Part shown: positions 35,747-37,925 of the stretch, in pieces
Layout: each line of letters opens with the position of its first letter
Numbering within the stretch: the first letter of the stretch is position 1
Assembly (NCBI GenBank): GCA_051439505.1
Contig: JBFRWI010000019.1
Coordinates: 1 to 37,925 of the forward strand
DNA: 37,925 nt
Source: Hormoscilla sp.
GTDB lineage: Bacteria; Cyanobacteriota; Cyanobacteriia; Cyanobacteriales; Desertifilaceae
Direction: 5' to 3'
Notes under the pieces: generated by a model
Told to the model about the DNA's origin: nothing
Databases searched by the model: none
Seen by the model: only the letters and a program-made list of their open reading frames with translations
Position numbers and translations under genes: made by a program

Positions 35747-37183
35747 TCATAGCATTGCTTTCCAAGTTCCGTGAAATCCCATCGGCACCACCCCAGGCAA
35801 TTCTAGTTTGCAGACGGGTTCGTCCTCCATCCTTTCACTATCATAAACCCACACCTCACTCCTGTCAACCCCGCCATCATATATAACTGTCAGCACCCAT
35901 CCTTGCTTAGTATTCCCTGCATCCGGGACATAAATGGGTTCGGTGGGATAGCGATTTTTTCCCAAGTCCGCTACTGTCAGGTTGTTTGTCTCCAGATCGA
36001 AACGGGCGATCGCCCCAAACAGTTCCTGACTAATATCCACCCCATCCGGATATACTGACAAATAAAGGTAACGGTATTTTCGCCCCACATCTTGGGGGGA
36101 AACGATCGGGAACTCGCAACCCCTGTCTAGCAATTCCTGGAGTTGAGTGACTTTCCCCGTTTGGGGATCCAGGCGCGATCGCCACAGAGTTTCCTTAGAT
36201 CCCGTCTGGGTTTTACCCGTCGGCACTTCCTTGAGTTTCTGATTAGTTGATTGAAAATCTCGATGGCGGACAAAATCCACAACTATCTTACCATCAGCAT
36301 CAACATAACCATTGCTAAAATGCCATTGAAACCAAGCTTCCGTTTTCCCCCGACTTACTACCGAGAGACTGGTGCGATCGAGGATTAAAATTTCCGTTCC
36401 CTGACTGGGTTTCCATTCTCCTGCATCGCAGTAACTGCTCAATCCGATCGCAATTGGCAGGAGATTAAACCGCAGTGGCGGCATGAAAAACACCAAATAT
36501 TGCCCCGCCATGACAAAATCATGGATAAAGGGGATACCATCTAATGGAATGGCTGCTTTTTGGACAATCTCACCCGTGCGATCGCTCTTATAAACATGAA
36601 GCGTTGCATTCAACCCGCCGATCCTAACGCCAAAGTTAAAAATATCCCCGGTTTGCGCGTCTACCTTAGGATGAGCAGAATATGGTAAATTATTTTTGAG
36701 TTGGGAGAGATCGTCTAATCCCTTAGTTGCCAAAGTTTGTAAATCTAAGGCATGGGGGTTTGCGGCTTCGCAAAGTGCCAAGAGTTTATCTGGCAAAGCT
36801 AGTACCGAAGTATTGGCAGCATTTTTGGGTAGTTTCCCCCAACTTTTCCAGATTGGTCCGGGTACGGTCATGCCATAATTGGGATAAAGAAATTTATCCG
36901 CAGCAGTTTCCGCTTGATAGGCCGCAGTCTGCACGTAGCGATAAATTCCGGTAGCCCCCCCATCGGTGAAATGCACTGCTAAAATAGCACCATCCCCATC
37001 AAACCAATGTCCCACCCGTTCGCCTCCACGTTCTAGGCGTCCCGGACCATTACGATAGAGAGTACCGCGCAACCCTGAGGGTATTTCACCGGCCAGTATG
37101 GGTAGCTGAGTCAGAGGAAATTCTGTTGCCGGTCGTGCGAAAGCTTTTGCCCAAGCTTTGCGGGTTGATACTTCTGTTGTCAT
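35747..37183 (-). CDS. Carotenoid oxygenase (RPE65/ACO/LSD) family protein
   Basis: LRGTLYRNGPG, HWFDGDG, ANTSV, SAHPK, IHDF, FQWHF, EFP, EPIYVP and C-terminal GFHGTW (four Fe-ligand His). Confidence 0.93.
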   Translation of the reverse strand: MTTEVSTRKAWAKAFARPATEFPLTQLPILAGEIPSGLRGTLYRNGPGRLERGGERVGHWFDGDGAILAVHFTDGGATGIYRYVQTAAYQAETAADKFLYPNYGMTVPGPIWKSWGKLPKNAANTSVLALPDKLLALCEAANPHALDLQTLATKGLDDLSQLKNNLPYSAHPKVDAQTGDIFNFGVRIGGLNATLHVYKSDRTGEIVQKAAIPLDGIPFIHDFVMAGQYLVFFMPPLRFNLLPIAIGLSSYCDAGEWKPSQGTEILILDRTSLSVVSRGKTEAWFQWHFSNGYVDADGKIVVDFVRHRDFQSTNQKLKEVPTGKTQTGSKETLWRSRLDPQTGKVTQLQELLDRGCEFPIVSPQDVGRKYRYLYLSVYPDGVDISQELFGAIARFDLETNNLTVADLGKNRYPTEPIYVPDAGNTKQGWVLTVIYDGGVDRSEVWVYDSERMEDEPVCKLELPGVVPMGFHGTWKAML

Positions 37184-37258
37184 CTTCTGCTTTTGTCGGA
37201 TAGTTGAATTTTATGCTATTGTCAAGCAAGACTGTTCCCTTTGTCAAGCTATAAGCCA

Positions 37259-37822
37259 ATGTTACCACAAATTCAAGAAACACTGTTAAATCTTAAGAAT
37301 AGCGCGATCGCCAGCCTGCCAGCATTGGTGCTGACCATATTTATGATAATTTTAACCGTCTGGGGAGCAAACTTCACCCGCAAGCTGGTCGCGGGCCTAG
37401 GCGATCGGACAGAGAAAAGCAAATCCCTGCGATCGCTTTTCGTCCAACTGAGTTACATAGCAGCTTGGACAGTAGGAATATTGAGTATCAGTGTTGTGGC
37501 GTTCCCCGACTTGCGCCTCGGGGATATCATTAGTTTACTAGGGTTTGGTTCTGTAGCCATTGGCTTCGCATTTCAGGATATATTCAAAAACTTCCTGGCG
37601 GGAGTGTTGCTGCTGTTGCAACAGCCATTTCAACTGGATGATGAGGTAATTATACAGAATTATCAAGGCCCGGTGGAATACATTTCCATTCGTTCAACTC
37701 AAATTAGAACCTATCAGGGAGAACTGGTGGTGCTGCCCAATGCCCTGGTGTTTACCAGTCCCGTAGAGGTGCTGACCAATTGGAAACAGCGAGAAACAAT
37801 GGGTGTGGTCAAAACCCGTTGA
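37259..37822 (+). pseudogene. mscS: MscS family mechanosensitive channel, interrupted by MITE B
   Basis: TM helices, 'GSVAIGFAFQDIFKNFLAG', 'PF...D', 'I.IRST.IRT..GE.V.LPN'. The C-terminal domain is absent; the last codons and the stop lie inside the element starting at 37801. Confidence 0.75.
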
Positions 37823-37925
37823 TCGTTCGGGCGGCCCTCCCAGTCGCCGGATCCCCCCAAACCCCCCTTTATTGGGGGGCTTCCGGAACCCCCCCCTTTT
37901 GGAAGGGGGGGTTTGGGGGGGATCC
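37801..37925. mobile_element. MITE family B, copy 3 (runs off the window edge)
   Basis: GGGTGTGGTCAAAACCCGTTGATCG is the exact reverse complement of the 4693-4717 end; same internal palindrome. Confidence 0.88.

Overview
A cyanobacterial chromosomal segment: the HIP1 octamer GCGATCGC is abundant, and the repeat families resemble those of filamentous Oscillatoriales (inference). Housekeeping and metabolic genes are nnr, thioredoxin, a GST, mnmA, recQ and a carotenoid oxygenase. Secreted or surface proteins are a COP23 lipoprotein, a double-trypsin/TPR lipoprotein, a filamentous-haemagglutinin-like protein and a kexin-like S8 protease with Ig-like repeats. There is also a periplasmic binding protein coupled to an adenylate cyclase, three toxin-antitoxin modules, two Rpn-like genes and xisH/xisI. 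Intergenic DNA is crowded with non-autonomous mini-elements and REP palindromes. Two element families have recognisable terminal inverted repeats and 9-10 bp target duplications; they have disrupted xisH (twice) and mscS, and one sits where the 3' half of parE should be. The most interesting observations are three. (1) An apparent operon encodes an APH-like kinase and a HAD-phosphatase/HisC-like aminotransferase fusion joined by a 207-aa two-unit acidic repeat, preceded by a G5-tract minisatellite. (2) TA and Rpn genes are bracketed by copies of one GTAG-REP/HIP1 composite repeat, like a cassette array. (3) Both Rpn-like genes have putative intragenic antitoxin starts. I saw no rRNA, tRNA, CRISPR array, reverse transcriptase or intact transposase.
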